64,000 bases of DNA from Poseidonia sp. (GTDB taxonomy: Archaea; Thermoplasmatota; Poseidoniia; Poseidoniales; Poseidoniaceae), in NCBI GenBank assembly GCA_965661285.1, contig CBFIDD010000003.1, positions 8,215-72,214 of the forward strand. Reading direction: 5' to 3'. A program made the translations under genes and the position numbers. Under the pieces are notes generated by a model. That model was not told the DNA's origin. It saw only the letters and a program-made list of their open reading frames with translations, and ran no database searches. Positions 52,857 through 62,882 of the stretch are shown here, piece after piece (position 1 is the first letter of the stretch; every line of letters begins with the position of its first letter).

Positions 52857-54260
52857 TCATGCGGGGTTGATTCGCAACCCGTCCATCAACAGGACATCGG
52901 GAAGATGCATGCTACCGGACGAATAGGAGCCTTGGCGACGAACGTCCTTGCCCAGCACAACCGTACCGTTCAGGGCTTTGGCCAAATTGCCCGACAGCCC
53001 TGCCTGCTTCAAAGAACCCACCACTTCGCCGTTCTCAACCTTGAGAATGGCGCTGGTCGTAACCGAAAAATCACCGCTTGTGGGATTGGCTGTGTGCGCA
53101 CCCATGACGCTGTTGACAACATAGCCATCGCCCATCTGCTCAAGCAACTGCTCCCACGACCGACCCGCTTCAGAACTGGTCAGGAACAATTCCGTGCATC
53201 CGGTCGAAGGAGGCGATTGATGGCCACCTGTGTTGGCCGAACCCGTTGATGCCGCAGCCTCTGTTCGTCCTTCGGCGACCTGCTGCGCTGCATCACGAGT
53301 GGACCAGAGCATGTTGGTCAGGCGCCCGTTTTCAACCAAGGTTTGCCGACGACGTGGCACACCCTCAGCGTCTCGTGAGCCCGACGACATGCCACCATCC
53401 AGCAGGCCGTCATCGACGAGCGTCAAGGCCGGATTGATGACCCGTTGACCGAGCCGCTCGGCCCAGAACGATTCCTTCCGAACCATCTTCTCCCCGGACA
53501 TGGCAGGGGGGACGACCATGGAAAACAACGGCGAAAATCCTTCACTGGTCAACAACACTGGCGTCTCCACAGCTTGGCTTTCAACTGCAAGTGGGTTTTG
53601 AGTTACTTGAGCCCAGTGGACCGCTCGCCCGATACAATCGGGAAGTTCTGGGAGTTGTTGTCTGCTCGATTGACCCTGATAGGAACTCGTGAGTTCACCA
53701 TCAACATCCAGCGCCACCTGCAAGCCAATGCCGTGGGAAGTGGTCATGCCGGAAGAGAGAATTCCCTCGCTGGTCATGAGGCATCCTGCCGTGGCGGAGA
53801 CGCCCACGCCGCCTCCCGTGACGGTCGCACGGTCATCGAGCGATTTGACATGGGAAAGAACGCCATCTGCCTGTTCAAGCAAATCTTCGGGGCTCAAGTC
53901 GAGTATGGAGGCGTCCATTCGCCCCCCAACGTCCTTTGCTGGCTGTTCGCTCGGAAGGACGAAACCTTCGATCGAGGGTGATTTTTTCGCAATAGCAACC
54001 GCTTGTTCCACTGCGCGCTCTGCTCCAGATACATCGACCAAGTGGGCGAAACCAAACCGACCACCGTCAACAACGCGAACGCCAAAACCCCCTTCGCCAC
54101 CGCCAGCGGCCATGGTGATTTTTCCCGCTTCAATGTCAAGCTGGTGGCCGTAGGATTGGAACCCGATGAGGTCCCACTGTTCCACGCCGCTCTTTTCGCA
54201 AGCCGCTGCAATCACCTTTGCGTTGGCAAGAAGCCGGTCTTCTGCACCGTCAGGAAGCAT
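52857..54260 (-). CDS. pmbA: PmbA/TldE family metallopeptidase component
   Basis: TldD/PmbA-family fold with a conserved Gly-rich C-terminal region. Start set at the ATG at 54260, 1 nt after the tldD stop; the longer ORF would overlap tldD by 100 nt. Confidence 0.7.
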   Translation of the reverse strand: MLPDGAEDRLLANAKVIAAACEKSGVEQWDLIGFQSYGHQLDIEAGKITMAAGGGEGGFGVRVVDGGRFGFAHLVDVSGAERAVEQAVAIAKKSPSIEGFVLPSEQPAKDVGGRMDASILDLSPEDLLEQADGVLSHVKSLDDRATVTGGGVGVSATAGCLMTSEGILSSGMTTSHGIGLQVALDVDGELTSSYQGQSSRQQLPELPDCIGRAVHWAQVTQNPLAVESQAVETPVLLTSEGFSPLFSMVVPPAMSGEKMVRKESFWAERLGQRVINPALTLVDDGLLDGGMSSGSRDAEGVPRRRQTLVENGRLTNMLWSTRDAAQQVAEGRTEAAASTGSANTGGHQSPPSTGCTELFLTSSEAGRSWEQLLEQMGDGYVVNSVMGAHTANPTSGDFSVTTSAILKVENGEVVGSLKQAGLSGNLAKALNGTVVLGKDVRRQGSYSSGSMHLPDVLLMDGLRINPA

Positions 54261-54261
54261 C

Positions 54262-55710
54262 TCAACCCACCAACGCTTCACGAATTCGCATAACAGGACC
54301 GCCATCACCGACAGGTACGGTTTGTCCCTTTCCACAAAATCCGGGTGATGCAAGCGAGGCATCTCGGGTCAAACCGTCGACGTTCTTCAGAATTTCAAGC
54401 GTAAGTCCACTGACACTCACGTCTTTGAGCGGGCGTGTAAGTTCTCCATGTTCGATGAGCCAGGCTTCTTGGGCAGCAAATTGGAACGAACCACGCCCGG
54501 TGTCGACCTGTCCACCTCGGGTGCCGCAAGCATAGACACCGTACTGAATGTCTTCCATCAACTCGTCCAAGTCTGCGTGCGTACCGCCCTGAATCATGGT
54601 GTTGCTCATGCGAACCAACGGATGATGAAGGCCGTCTTGGGCTCGTGCTCCCCCGTTGGGTTGAACGCCAAAATGATGTGCTGTTTCTCGATGATTGAGG
54701 TACTCGGTCAAAACACCGTTCTTGATGAGAACCTTTTCTCGCGTGTTCACGCCTTCGTCATCAACGGGATAGGCGCCATAGCCCCCCATCATGGTGGGGT
54801 CGTCAACCACGGTCACGATCTCATTTCCGATTTTCTCACCGAGTTTTCCATCAAGGCATGAGTCGCCTGCTGCGACCAAATCGGCCTCGCATGGATGACC
54901 GAGCGCCTCGTGAATGTACACGCCGGTCAGGTCTTTGTCTGCAATGAGAGGGAGTTTGCCCGAAGGGGCTCGCTCGGCTTTGAGCAAACGCAACGCTGCC
55001 CGTTGCGCCTCTTCGCCGAGTCCAACCAAATCGGCCGCCTGAATGATTTCAAGTCCACCCTGACCACCGTGTCGAGTGCGATAAGAGACGACTTCACCGT
55101 CCCTTCGAGCCGTCACCATCGCATTCACGAGCGAGCGCTGGAACGACCAAACACGGTCCATACCTTCGGTGGTCATCAACTCGGTATGGATGTGCTCATC
55201 GCTCCACCCTGTTCGTACCGAAACGATATCGTCATGTCCACTTGCACCGTGATACATCTCGTTCATTAATGCGATTTTTTGGTCGAGGTCGGTCTCCCTC
55301 ACGTCCAAGGTTGAACGCCAGTGTGTTTCGTCCTCAAGGATGGGAACCTCCGCCAGTCCGATGGGTTGTTCCTTGGGAGATCGGCGTTTGGCCACGGCCT
55401 TCGCCAGTCGAGTGGTGGATTCGATTTGGTCGGGAAGAGAGGCCAAGTCGGTTGTTGAGTGCACGCCCCAGGCCCCATCGGCAAGCACGCGAAGCGTCAT
55501 ACCGAGTTCCTGGCCGGGGATGGCTCGCTCCAAGGCACCGTCCCGCATGGCAACCGATGACTCGGTCAACGCGACGACGCGTACTTCAGCGTAGGTTGCG
55601 CCGTGAGTCTGCGCAGAATCCAGAGCCTTTCGCACCTTTTCTTGGTCCAAATAGCGACCTGCACTCGGCCAATGCCCCTCGTTTTGCTTTGAAGCCATCA
55701 CCATGACCAA
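54262..55710 (-). CDS. tldD: TldD family zinc metallopeptidase
   Basis: The HEALGH motif is present (YIHEALGHPCEAD). C-terminal region typical of the TldD family. Confidence 0.8.
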   Translation of the reverse strand: MVMVMASKQNEGHWPSAGRYLDQEKVRKALDSAQTHGATYAEVRVVALTESSVAMRDGALERAIPGQELGMTLRVLADGAWGVHSTTDLASLPDQIESTTRLAKAVAKRRSPKEQPIGLAEVPILEDETHWRSTLDVRETDLDQKIALMNEMYHGASGHDDIVSVRTGWSDEHIHTELMTTEGMDRVWSFQRSLVNAMVTARRDGEVVSYRTRHGGQGGLEIIQAADLVGLGEEAQRAALRLLKAERAPSGKLPLIADKDLTGVYIHEALGHPCEADLVAAGDSCLDGKLGEKIGNEIVTVVDDPTMMGGYGAYPVDDEGVNTREKVLIKNGVLTEYLNHRETAHHFGVQPNGGARAQDGLHHPLVRMSNTMIQGGTHADLDELMEDIQYGVYACGTRGGQVDTGRGSFQFAAQEAWLIEHGELTRPLKDVSVSGLTLEILKNVDGLTRDASLASPGFCGKGQTVPVGDGGPVMRIREALVG

Positions 55711-55741
55711 ACCAAGCGGCGAGAGCCTTTCAACCCTCCCA

Positions 55742-56311
55742 TCAGCGGTGAGACGAACTCTGGTCGTCCGCCATCAAAATATGAGCGACAACGGCTTCAG
55801 GTGCACGCTTCTCAGACCACCCTGCTGCATCGATGCCGAGGCGTTCCGCCCCCTCTATAGAAAAGTTTGCTGCGATGTTTTCTTCAGACCAACCCAAGCC
55901 GTTCAAAAGGCGCATCAATGAGGTTTCAAAATCATTGAAAGCCAAAGCCTTGGGTTGCTGATGACCCAGGTCGTTTTCTACGCCATCCGCCTCAGGCAGG
56001 TACACGACCCATGCTGTGGGTTGACCCTCTTGCAAACCGGCACGGCTGAACGCCTCCGAGATGTGGTGCGTACCTGCGACGTATCTCAGGAATTCTGCAT
56101 CAATGCTCCGAGCGACCATTCGCCCCCTGAGCGCATTCCTCGTGGCCTGTATCCAAGCGGTCCAAAGTTGCTCGTCGCCCATGACCGCATGGCCGCCCAA
56201 CAACACCCAGCGGTGAGAGGGGCGTTGCTTGAGAAAGGCATCGATATTGGATTGCGGGGAGCCGTTTTCGACACGAACGCCTCGGCAGGGAAAGGCAGGA
56301 AAACCCATCAA
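55742..56311 (-). CDS. Possible KEOPS complex subunit Cgi121-like protein
   Basis: The blocks FLRYVAGTHHISEAFSRAGLQEG and AFNDFETSLMRLLNGLGW resemble archaeal Cgi121 segments (ILVRASGQRQIHEAIKIIG, LEINEDKERLIREIFKIRG). This is a weak, by-eye match. Confidence 0.3.
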   Translation of the reverse strand: MMGFPAFPCRGVRVENGSPQSNIDAFLKQRPSHRWVLLGGHAVMGDEQLWTAWIQATRNALRGRMVARSIDAEFLRYVAGTHHISEAFSRAGLQEGQPTAWVVYLPEADGVENDLGHQQPKALAFNDFETSLMRLLNGLGWSEENIAANFSIEGAERLGIDAAGWSEKRAPEAVVAHILMADDQSSSHR

Positions 56312-56335
56312 ATCATCCCAGAACGACCTTGGATT

Positions 56336-58936
56336 TCAATCATCCTCACCGCGCTCGCCCGCCAACGGTGCGTCATCGTCTCGTGGAGCCGGGCTTGCTT
56401 TCTTGGCTGGAGTCCGCTTGAGTACGCGCGTGATCTCAACGTGAATCTTGTCGAGCAAAACCGGCCCCCACCCTCGTTTTGACAGCAGAGCATCACGGTT
56501 CTTTCTCGACATGTTGAGGACATCGTTTGGTTCTCGCATCCCCAACGCCGCCAGTTCGCGAGCTCGCTGACGACCCACGTGTCGGATGTTCACAAGTTGA
56601 AGCAAGTCGGCTTTACAGCCGTGGCGAACTCGCTGTTGAAGGGTGCTTAATTGTTGAACCAAGGAAGCGACGACAGGGAGGTGTTCCTCAGCAAAGACGT
56701 CGTCGGTCAGGAGGACATGTTGCGCGCCCGCCAACAACCATCCCATGAGGTCCACACGGTGATGCACATCGCCCGGAGAGACGTTGAGGGTGTCCTCAAG
56801 TTGGCGCAAGGTCGTCTCTTCCATCCACTCTTCGACCATCCATGCAGACTTGATGTTGCTCAACAGGGCCTCGGCATAACCCGGTTCAATGAGCAGTTCA
56901 TCCTCGGTCGCATTCGCCTTGAGCCATGTGGGTGAATTGACCTCCATGTCGGCAGACTTGGCCCAGAGGGAGACGAAATCGGGCGTGGCCACGGCCAAGT
57001 GCAACAATCCGAAGTCCGTGAGCGGCGCATCTTTTCGCACTGCCCGGCGTACAGCCCGACGGAGTCCACGGCGCAGAATAGACGCCGAAAGGGGGTCGAG
57101 GTAGAGTTGTGTGACCCGTTCACCCATCGGGGTTGCTTCGTAGCGCATGTTTGGCCCGTCTTCTGCAGCGGGTTGGGCCCAACCGCCCGTGGAGGCGAGG
57201 GAGGTGGCTTTGGAGAACCCGATGGAGGGTGCGCCGTGGGCGCTTGATGGGCGCTTGGAGGGGGTCGGCTGGAGACCGCTTGGTGTCCACGATACGCCGT
57301 CGGTGGTTCGAGCGCTGGAGGCCCAGACGGGAACGGTGTCATCCCATGCTTCGTCATCGTCGACGGCGCGGTCCGCCCAATGCGAAGCGTAGTGTTCATC
57401 CAAACCGCATTTCCTGACGAAGCGCTCCTCAACCAGCCAGTCCAACATCGTGGTCAAGCGTTCTCGCAACTGAGATGGCGGCAGGGAGGCACCGAGAAAT
57501 GTGGAGGAGAAGAAATGGTCAATCGTGCCCTTGTGAACCAGCCCGCCGGTGGCGATGCTGGCCAAAAGGTGCATGCGCAGGGCCGGCTCCGAGGCCAACT
57601 TTGAGGAAATGTCTTCGATGGGGCCGAAGAAATACCGGTCGGCGACAGCATCAGCAACCTCCCATCCATCGGTGCCTTTGCAGTAAACCCATGCCTCCCC
57701 TTTGGTGTCGTATTTCGGTCGACCGGCCCGCCCGAGCATTTGTCGCACCTCCATAACCGGCAGGGGACGGCTCATGCCGTCGCCCCAGCGTTTCAAGTCC
57801 CTGACCAGCACGCGGCGAGCAGGGAGGTTCACACCAGCAGCAAGTGTTGGCGTGGCGGTGAGGGCGACCAGTAAACCCGATTTGAACGCAGATTCGACGT
57901 CCTTTCGTTGAGCGTTGGTCAACCCTGCGTGGTGGAACCCCACGCCCGAAGAAAGACACGAAGACAATTGTTCGGCAAGGTTGGATTGGCTCCGCCCGGT
58001 TAACTTCTCTGCCAGTGCCTTGAGTTTATCCAGCCGCTCCGGATTCTCCTTGACAAGGCGTTTTCGCACCCGCTTTGCCAAATTTTTCGCCTCGGATTGA
58101 GCACTCCGCCGAGTACCAACGAACAACAACACCTGCGCCTCTTGGTCCAACCCATCGCTGACCACGCTCCACACAGGATGGCTCTTCAGGCCCTCAAGGT
58201 CGCGCGGTGGGCTGAGAGGTTCGGTTTTGCCGTCTTCACTGGGGGATTGTATTTTTCTTGGCTCGACATGAAAGTCATGGAAGGTGGCATACTCCAACGC
58301 CACGGGTCGCCAATCCGACTGAATCAATTCAGCATCAAGCCACTGCGCCAATTTGGGGGAGTTTCCAACCGTTGCCGACAAGGCGATGATTTGCGCATCC
58401 GGTTTGATGTGCCGAAGTCTCGTGAGGTTGATCTCGAGCGTCGGGCCGCGGGTAGCATCGTTCATCAGATGGAATTCATCCGCCACGACACAACAGAGAT
58501 CTGAAACAAGTTCGGCACGATGACGCAACAATGAATCCAATTTCTCGGACGTGCACACGAGAATGTTGCACTCATCGATGTTTTTCGCCTCGGCCGTTGC
58601 GTCACCAATGCCGAGACCAACCGAGAGCCCGCAGGCCGAAGCAATCGCTTTCAGGTCCTCGTATTTCTCCATCGCCAACGCCTTGAGGGGGACGATGTAG
58701 ACGGCTTTTGAGCGGTCGTGGCCTTCCGAGAGTCGTTTCAACATTCCCATGTAAGCCAGCAAGGATTTCCCCGACGCTGTCGGTATCGCCACCAAGGTGT
58801 TCCGTCCACTCAAAATGCTCGGTATCGCCTCGGCTTGTGGAGGGTGGAGGCGCTCAATGCCCCATTCATCGTTGAGAAACGTGAGGAACGGAGTTGGAAG
58901 GTCAAGGCTTGAAACGGCCCGATTGTCCACCTCCAT
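56336..58936 (-). CDS. hel308: Ski2-like / Hel308 (HelQ) family DNA helicase
   Basis: The helicase motifs are Q-motif, Walker A PTASGKS, DEFH box, SAT and QMLGRAGR. The C-terminal winged-helix and ratchet region is longer than typical Hel308 (866 aa). Confidence 0.8.
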   Translation of the reverse strand: MEVDNRAVSSLDLPTPFLTFLNDEWGIERLHPPQAEAIPSILSGRNTLVAIPTASGKSLLAYMGMLKRLSEGHDRSKAVYIVPLKALAMEKYEDLKAIASACGLSVGLGIGDATAEAKNIDECNILVCTSEKLDSLLRHRAELVSDLCCVVADEFHLMNDATRGPTLEINLTRLRHIKPDAQIIALSATVGNSPKLAQWLDAELIQSDWRPVALEYATFHDFHVEPRKIQSPSEDGKTEPLSPPRDLEGLKSHPVWSVVSDGLDQEAQVLLFVGTRRSAQSEAKNLAKRVRKRLVKENPERLDKLKALAEKLTGRSQSNLAEQLSSCLSSGVGFHHAGLTNAQRKDVESAFKSGLLVALTATPTLAAGVNLPARRVLVRDLKRWGDGMSRPLPVMEVRQMLGRAGRPKYDTKGEAWVYCKGTDGWEVADAVADRYFFGPIEDISSKLASEPALRMHLLASIATGGLVHKGTIDHFFSSTFLGASLPPSQLRERLTTMLDWLVEERFVRKCGLDEHYASHWADRAVDDDEAWDDTVPVWASSARTTDGVSWTPSGLQPTPSKRPSSAHGAPSIGFSKATSLASTGGWAQPAAEDGPNMRYEATPMGERVTQLYLDPLSASILRRGLRRAVRRAVRKDAPLTDFGLLHLAVATPDFVSLWAKSADMEVNSPTWLKANATEDELLIEPGYAEALLSNIKSAWMVEEWMEETTLRQLEDTLNVSPGDVHHRVDLMGWLLAGAQHVLLTDDVFAEEHLPVVASLVQQLSTLQQRVRHGCKADLLQLVNIRHVGRQRARELAALGMREPNDVLNMSRKNRDALLSKRGWGPVLLDKIHVEITRVLKRTPAKKASPAPRDDDAPLAGERGEDD

Positions 58937-59024
58937 ACCGCTTCATATTGGGCAGCGGTTCAAAAGGACAACGCCCTCGTTTGGTTGCCGACACCTACAA
59001 GTTCCACCGGTGAATGGTCGGGTC

Positions 59025-59633
59025 ATGAGCGACGAGCGAGATGCCATGGTCGAAGAACGACTTTCGGTCTTTGATGACGAGCCTGACCTCAACGACTGGG
59101 TTGAGGTGATGTGTGGTGCAGCCATGGTTGTGCTCGGCATTTTTCATCTGGTCGAGCCAGGCAACCTCGTCGACCCCGACATCATGCGCTGGTTCGCAGC
59201 GGCCGTTGTCGCAGCAGGGGCAGTGTGGGCTGGGCACGGCCTCAAGGACATGGGTGTAAAGGAAGTTCGCCGCTCCATCGCCGTACTGGACATGGTCAAC
59301 AACGACCAAGGCGTCGACACCGGTTTGATTCGCGACGTCCTCCTCAACCAAGAGGCGTACAGAGAATTCCTCGTTCATGCTTACGAATCGGCTTGGGAAG
59401 ACGGCGTCATCACCGAAGCGGAATTGAAGGAGTTGAAATCGTTCCAAGAAGCTCTTGGTATCAGCGATGAGGAGGCAGCCGACCTCAACGTGAAGGCCGC
59501 CATCAAATCCGCCGCTGCTGACGGTAAAATCACCGATGAAGAAGCAAAATCCATCGAAAGGGCCGCCAAGGCTGCAAAGATGACCGAAGAAGAAACGGCG
59601 GAAGCTGTCAACAAAGAATTGGACAAGGCTTGA
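59025..59633 (+). CDS. Hypothetical membrane-associated protein with C-terminal helical repeats of TerB-like flavour
   Basis: Start trimmed to the ATG at 59025 so that it does not overlap the divergent hel308. The hydrophobic segments are AAMVVLGIFHLV and FAAAVVAAGAVWAG. Repeated ITxEExKxL-like motifs are present. Confidence 0.3.
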   Translation: MSDERDAMVEERLSVFDDEPDLNDWVEVMCGAAMVVLGIFHLVEPGNLVDPDIMRWFAAAVVAAGAVWAGHGLKDMGVKEVRRSIAVLDMVNNDQGVDTGLIRDVLLNQEAYREFLVHAYESAWEDGVITEAELKELKSFQEALGISDEEAADLNVKAAIKSAAADGKITDEEAKSIERAAKAAKMTEEETAEAVNKELDKA

Positions 59634-61688
59634 TCAGTCCCATACCGTTCTGCTGTTCGTCCCGTATCCTTGGGCCATCTGCTGCGCTTTTGACTTGCGT
59701 TGAACTTCCATCCAGGTGGCGACCAGACCAAGAGCGAGACCGCCCAACATGAGCGTCCCACCGTAGGGCAAGAGGCCTGAGGCGCTCTCTAGGCCCCAAG
59801 ACGATGCAGGAATGTCGCCGGCGTCAAAGCCATCGGAAGGGATGAACAGCACATCGAGCAGATCCAAATCGCAGTCACACAGCGAAATGGAGATGCGTTC
59901 CGGGAAGAGTGAGGCCTGGAGGCGAACCCAATCATCGGCATCGATGTTCGCTGGACGCGTGGCCCAAGCAGGGGCGGCAAAAGACCCGGTTGCAGGAGCA
60001 GAGACCATTTCCGTGTTGAGGTGAATGACCGACGAGGCCGGTTGTTCATCGACCACCAACATGGCCTCAAGCATGAGTAAATCGAGCAGAAGTGAACGTC
60101 CTGCAAGCAGAATGAAGCGCACGGTTTGGCTCTCCAGCATACCCTCTTGCGTTTGTTGGGTTTGGCCTTTGGCGACTTGGCCAAAAATCGCCTTATCGAG
60201 GCGCAGCGATTCCAATTCGGGCACCACCAGTTGCCATCGTCCGTCATCGAGGGGGATGGCTTTCTCAATGTCCAACTTCATCTTCAAACGCTCGCCTTCC
60301 AACATGCCCCACGTCGCTCCTGTGTGGGTGTAGAGGGTCTGCTCTGGAACACCTTCGGCCGAGACATCCCAAAGTTGCTGAAGTCGCATCTCCACCAGGG
60401 TCTCGAGTGTGATTTCATCTTGGTGTTGCACCTCATCGGCGATCGCCCACATCGGATGCAGTATCCCTCCGACCAACAACATCAACACACCGGGCACGAA
60501 GAGACCATAGCGAACAAAGTAGGCGGTCGTTGGGCGCATGGCGACGACCAAAAACAACAGCAGCATCATGACGGAGACAATGAGCATACCGACGCCGTGG
60601 TCGTCCAGTTTTTCGTAGCGGTCCATATCACCAACAAAGGCGGCGCCTTGTGGGTAGAAACTTGCAGAAGCAAAACCGCTTGGGTCGGTGGGTCCGAGCC
60701 CCTCGTAACCGAAGACACCTGTCCAGGAGTAGGACTGAATCTTGTCGGGGGAGCCGTGCATACAGAGGGTGTAATCACCGGTGGGAAGGGCTCGCCAACG
60801 GTAGGTTATTTTCAGCGATTCACCGTCGTCGTCGACCACAACGTCTGGAGAGGGAGAAAGACGCCCTGCTGCGGTGATGAGGTCCGGTACAGGGTGCGGT
60901 TGTTCAATCTCAATGGGAACCAAATCCCACTCTACCAGGAGGCGAAGGACTTCATGAGTTTCAACCTCAAAGGCCCAACAATCATGGTCAGCACCGACCA
61001 AAGCGCCACGGTGAATGTCTTCGAAAACCGTCTCCACGGGTTGGGCGGCAGAAGAGGGTTCATCCAAGTCAGCACGTGCTGCATCGATGGACCACGGAAC
61101 ATCGAGTTTGAGGAAGGAAGCGCCCCGCATGTTAAGCGACCAGGTCCCGGGTCGGTCGAGCGTGACGGAGAAGAAGAGACGAACCGGGTCATCCTCCCAC
61201 AACACACGGCCTTCGTTGAGATTCAGGGGCTCGTCTTCGAGCTCGTAGTTTGAGGCGGCGAGTTCAGGAAGGCTGCTGGCCTCGAAGGACCATTCGTTGA
61301 CGTTTTGGCCAAGCACCAGACGCACCTCGACCGCCGGTCGAAACAGGCTGCCTGCTTCGGTTTGGTGTTTGAAGTCCAGTTGGAAGGATTTCATGGTCTC
61401 TGGGAGCAGGGCGATGTGATTCTGAGCAGGATCCATCTCAAATTCAAAGGTCAACACCTCGGGTTGAACCACATTGGCAAAGGTCTGCCCTGAAACTTCT
61501 TCCTCACCGATTGGCGTCGGTGTGAGGACACAGTCGTTATCGGCCCGGCAAGACAGAAACATATCGCCGTTCGCTTCGGTGAGGTCGGCTGAGACGGGCA
61601 CAGCGGGATGAAGCAGCAAGGCGAGAAAGGAAGCGAGCAGAACCAACGACCTGCCCTTGGACCGCGAGCCGTTCATCATCAAATCCAA
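59634..61688 (-). CDS. Large hypothetical membrane/surface protein with a signal peptide, a central polytopic segment and a C-terminal TM
   Basis: The signal peptide is RSLVLLASFLALLLHPAVPVSA. The central TM cluster is VGMLIVSVMMLLLFLVVAM...VPGVLMLLVGGIL. The C-terminal TM is LMLGGLALGLVATWM. Confidence 0.35.
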   Translation of the reverse strand: MDLMMNGSRSKGRSLVLLASFLALLLHPAVPVSADLTEANGDMFLSCRADNDCVLTPTPIGEEEVSGQTFANVVQPEVLTFEFEMDPAQNHIALLPETMKSFQLDFKHQTEAGSLFRPAVEVRLVLGQNVNEWSFEASSLPELAASNYELEDEPLNLNEGRVLWEDDPVRLFFSVTLDRPGTWSLNMRGASFLKLDVPWSIDAARADLDEPSSAAQPVETVFEDIHRGALVGADHDCWAFEVETHEVLRLLVEWDLVPIEIEQPHPVPDLITAAGRLSPSPDVVVDDDGESLKITYRWRALPTGDYTLCMHGSPDKIQSYSWTGVFGYEGLGPTDPSGFASASFYPQGAAFVGDMDRYEKLDDHGVGMLIVSVMMLLLFLVVAMRPTTAYFVRYGLFVPGVLMLLVGGILHPMWAIADEVQHQDEITLETLVEMRLQQLWDVSAEGVPEQTLYTHTGATWGMLEGERLKMKLDIEKAIPLDDGRWQLVVPELESLRLDKAIFGQVAKGQTQQTQEGMLESQTVRFILLAGRSLLLDLLMLEAMLVVDEQPASSVIHLNTEMVSAPATGSFAAPAWATRPANIDADDWVRLQASLFPERISISLCDCDLDLLDVLFIPSDGFDAGDIPASSWGLESASGLLPYGGTLMLGGLALGLVATWMEVQRKSKAQQMAQGYGTNSRTVWD

Positions 61689-61706
61689 CCAACATGATGG
61701 AGTATT

Positions 61707-62243
61707 TCATTCAATGTCCTGTGCGGGCACATCCTCAAGCACCGTTCGACAGGAGCGGCAAAGGTAGCGACCTCCACCTCGCCGCTGACGAGGGAATCGA
61801 AGGTCGCAGGTCTTGCAAACCCAATGCCACTTGGCCCTCATCAGACGCTGTTCGTGCGTAAACGCCTTCCCTCGTACGGCTCCGATGGCATCAGGCCAAT
61901 GGGCCTCCATGGCTCGAAACGATGCATCGTGCGCACGGTGGCCTAAGACATGGAGAAACTCGTGGAAGAGGACAAACGCTGCGTAATCGTGCCATGCTGC
62001 ATCGAGCAAAGCAGGGTGAAGGTCGACGACGTCAACCGACAGGCTTCCGCTCGGCATGCGATTCCAACGCGTCACGCCATGACGCTGTGTAGCGTTTGAG
62101 CGGAGCACCCCCAGCGGCACATCGGCCAGTGATGAAAGGTCGACCGATTCGAGGAACGGCAAGGCTTGCATTGTTTCGAGAACCTCCTTGCGAAGGTCGC
62201 TGAGCAACGCAACTTGTTGGCTGCTGGGCTTCACCAACGCCAT
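61707..62243 (-). CDS. SprT-like zinc metalloprotease domain protein with a C-terminal zinc ribbon
   Basis: The HExxH motif is HEFLHVLGH. The C-terminal ribbon is CKTCDLRF...CRSCRTVL. Confidence 0.5.
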   Translation of the reverse strand: MALVKPSSQQVALLSDLRKEVLETMQALPFLESVDLSSLADVPLGVLRSNATQRHGVTRWNRMPSGSLSVDVVDLHPALLDAAWHDYAAFVLFHEFLHVLGHRAHDASFRAMEAHWPDAIGAVRGKAFTHEQRLMRAKWHWVCKTCDLRFPRQRRGGGRYLCRSCRTVLEDVPAQDIE

Positions 62244-62246
62244 CCC

Positions 62247-62711
62247 TCACGACCAGCGATGGTAGGCAGGGTGGCCCTCTTTGACGGCGACAAAGAGGCC
62301 ACTGCCGGTGGCGCACACTTTCCCTTCAGCCTCAAGCGTGAGGCTGACCGAGACCCTGTCCTCAAGCACCTCAGTGCTCTGGCTGATGACGGTAAGCGTG
62401 GCGCCAAGTGGGGTCGGGCGACGAAGTTGAACGTCGTACTTTGCGGTAACCGTGCAGGGTGGTTCGCTCAAGCCCTGCGCGTCCATGAGCGCAACGGCTG
62501 CCGTCCAGTTTCCATGACAATCGAGCAGGGTACCGATAATGCCACCGTTCACCATCCCGGGGAAGGCTTGGTGGTGGTCTTCTGGCGTGTATTCCATACG
62601 CAGGCCACCGTCAATGCGGTAGGAATTGATGCGCAGGCCTTTTTCGTTCGCTGGCCCACAGCCAAAACAAATCGACGAGGGGGCATACATGCGCTGAACG
62701 CCTTCTTCCAT
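62247..62711 (-). CDS. PaaI/YbdB-type hotdog-fold thioesterase
   Basis: The motif is AFPGMVNGGIIGTLLD (GxxNGG). It lies 4 nt downstream of the SprT-like gene. Confidence 0.55.
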   Translation of the reverse strand: MEEGVQRMYAPSSICFGCGPANEKGLRINSYRIDGGLRMEYTPEDHHQAFPGMVNGGIIGTLLDCHGNWTAAVALMDAQGLSEPPCTVTAKYDVQLRRPTPLGATLTVISQSTEVLEDRVSVSLTLEAEGKVCATGSGLFVAVKEGHPAYHRWS

Positions 62712-62882
62712 ACCCTTCGGTGGGGGGACAGATTGATGATTCTTCCCTCATCTCTCCTGCGGAGTGTTGATGTTGGTCACCCACGTGGAAAGAACATGGC
62801 CGGGAAGAGGAAGAAAACGGTTCGCAAGGTTCGGGTTGCTCACGAACTTCCAAAACGCCGTAGAATGGCGATTGAAGAGGCC

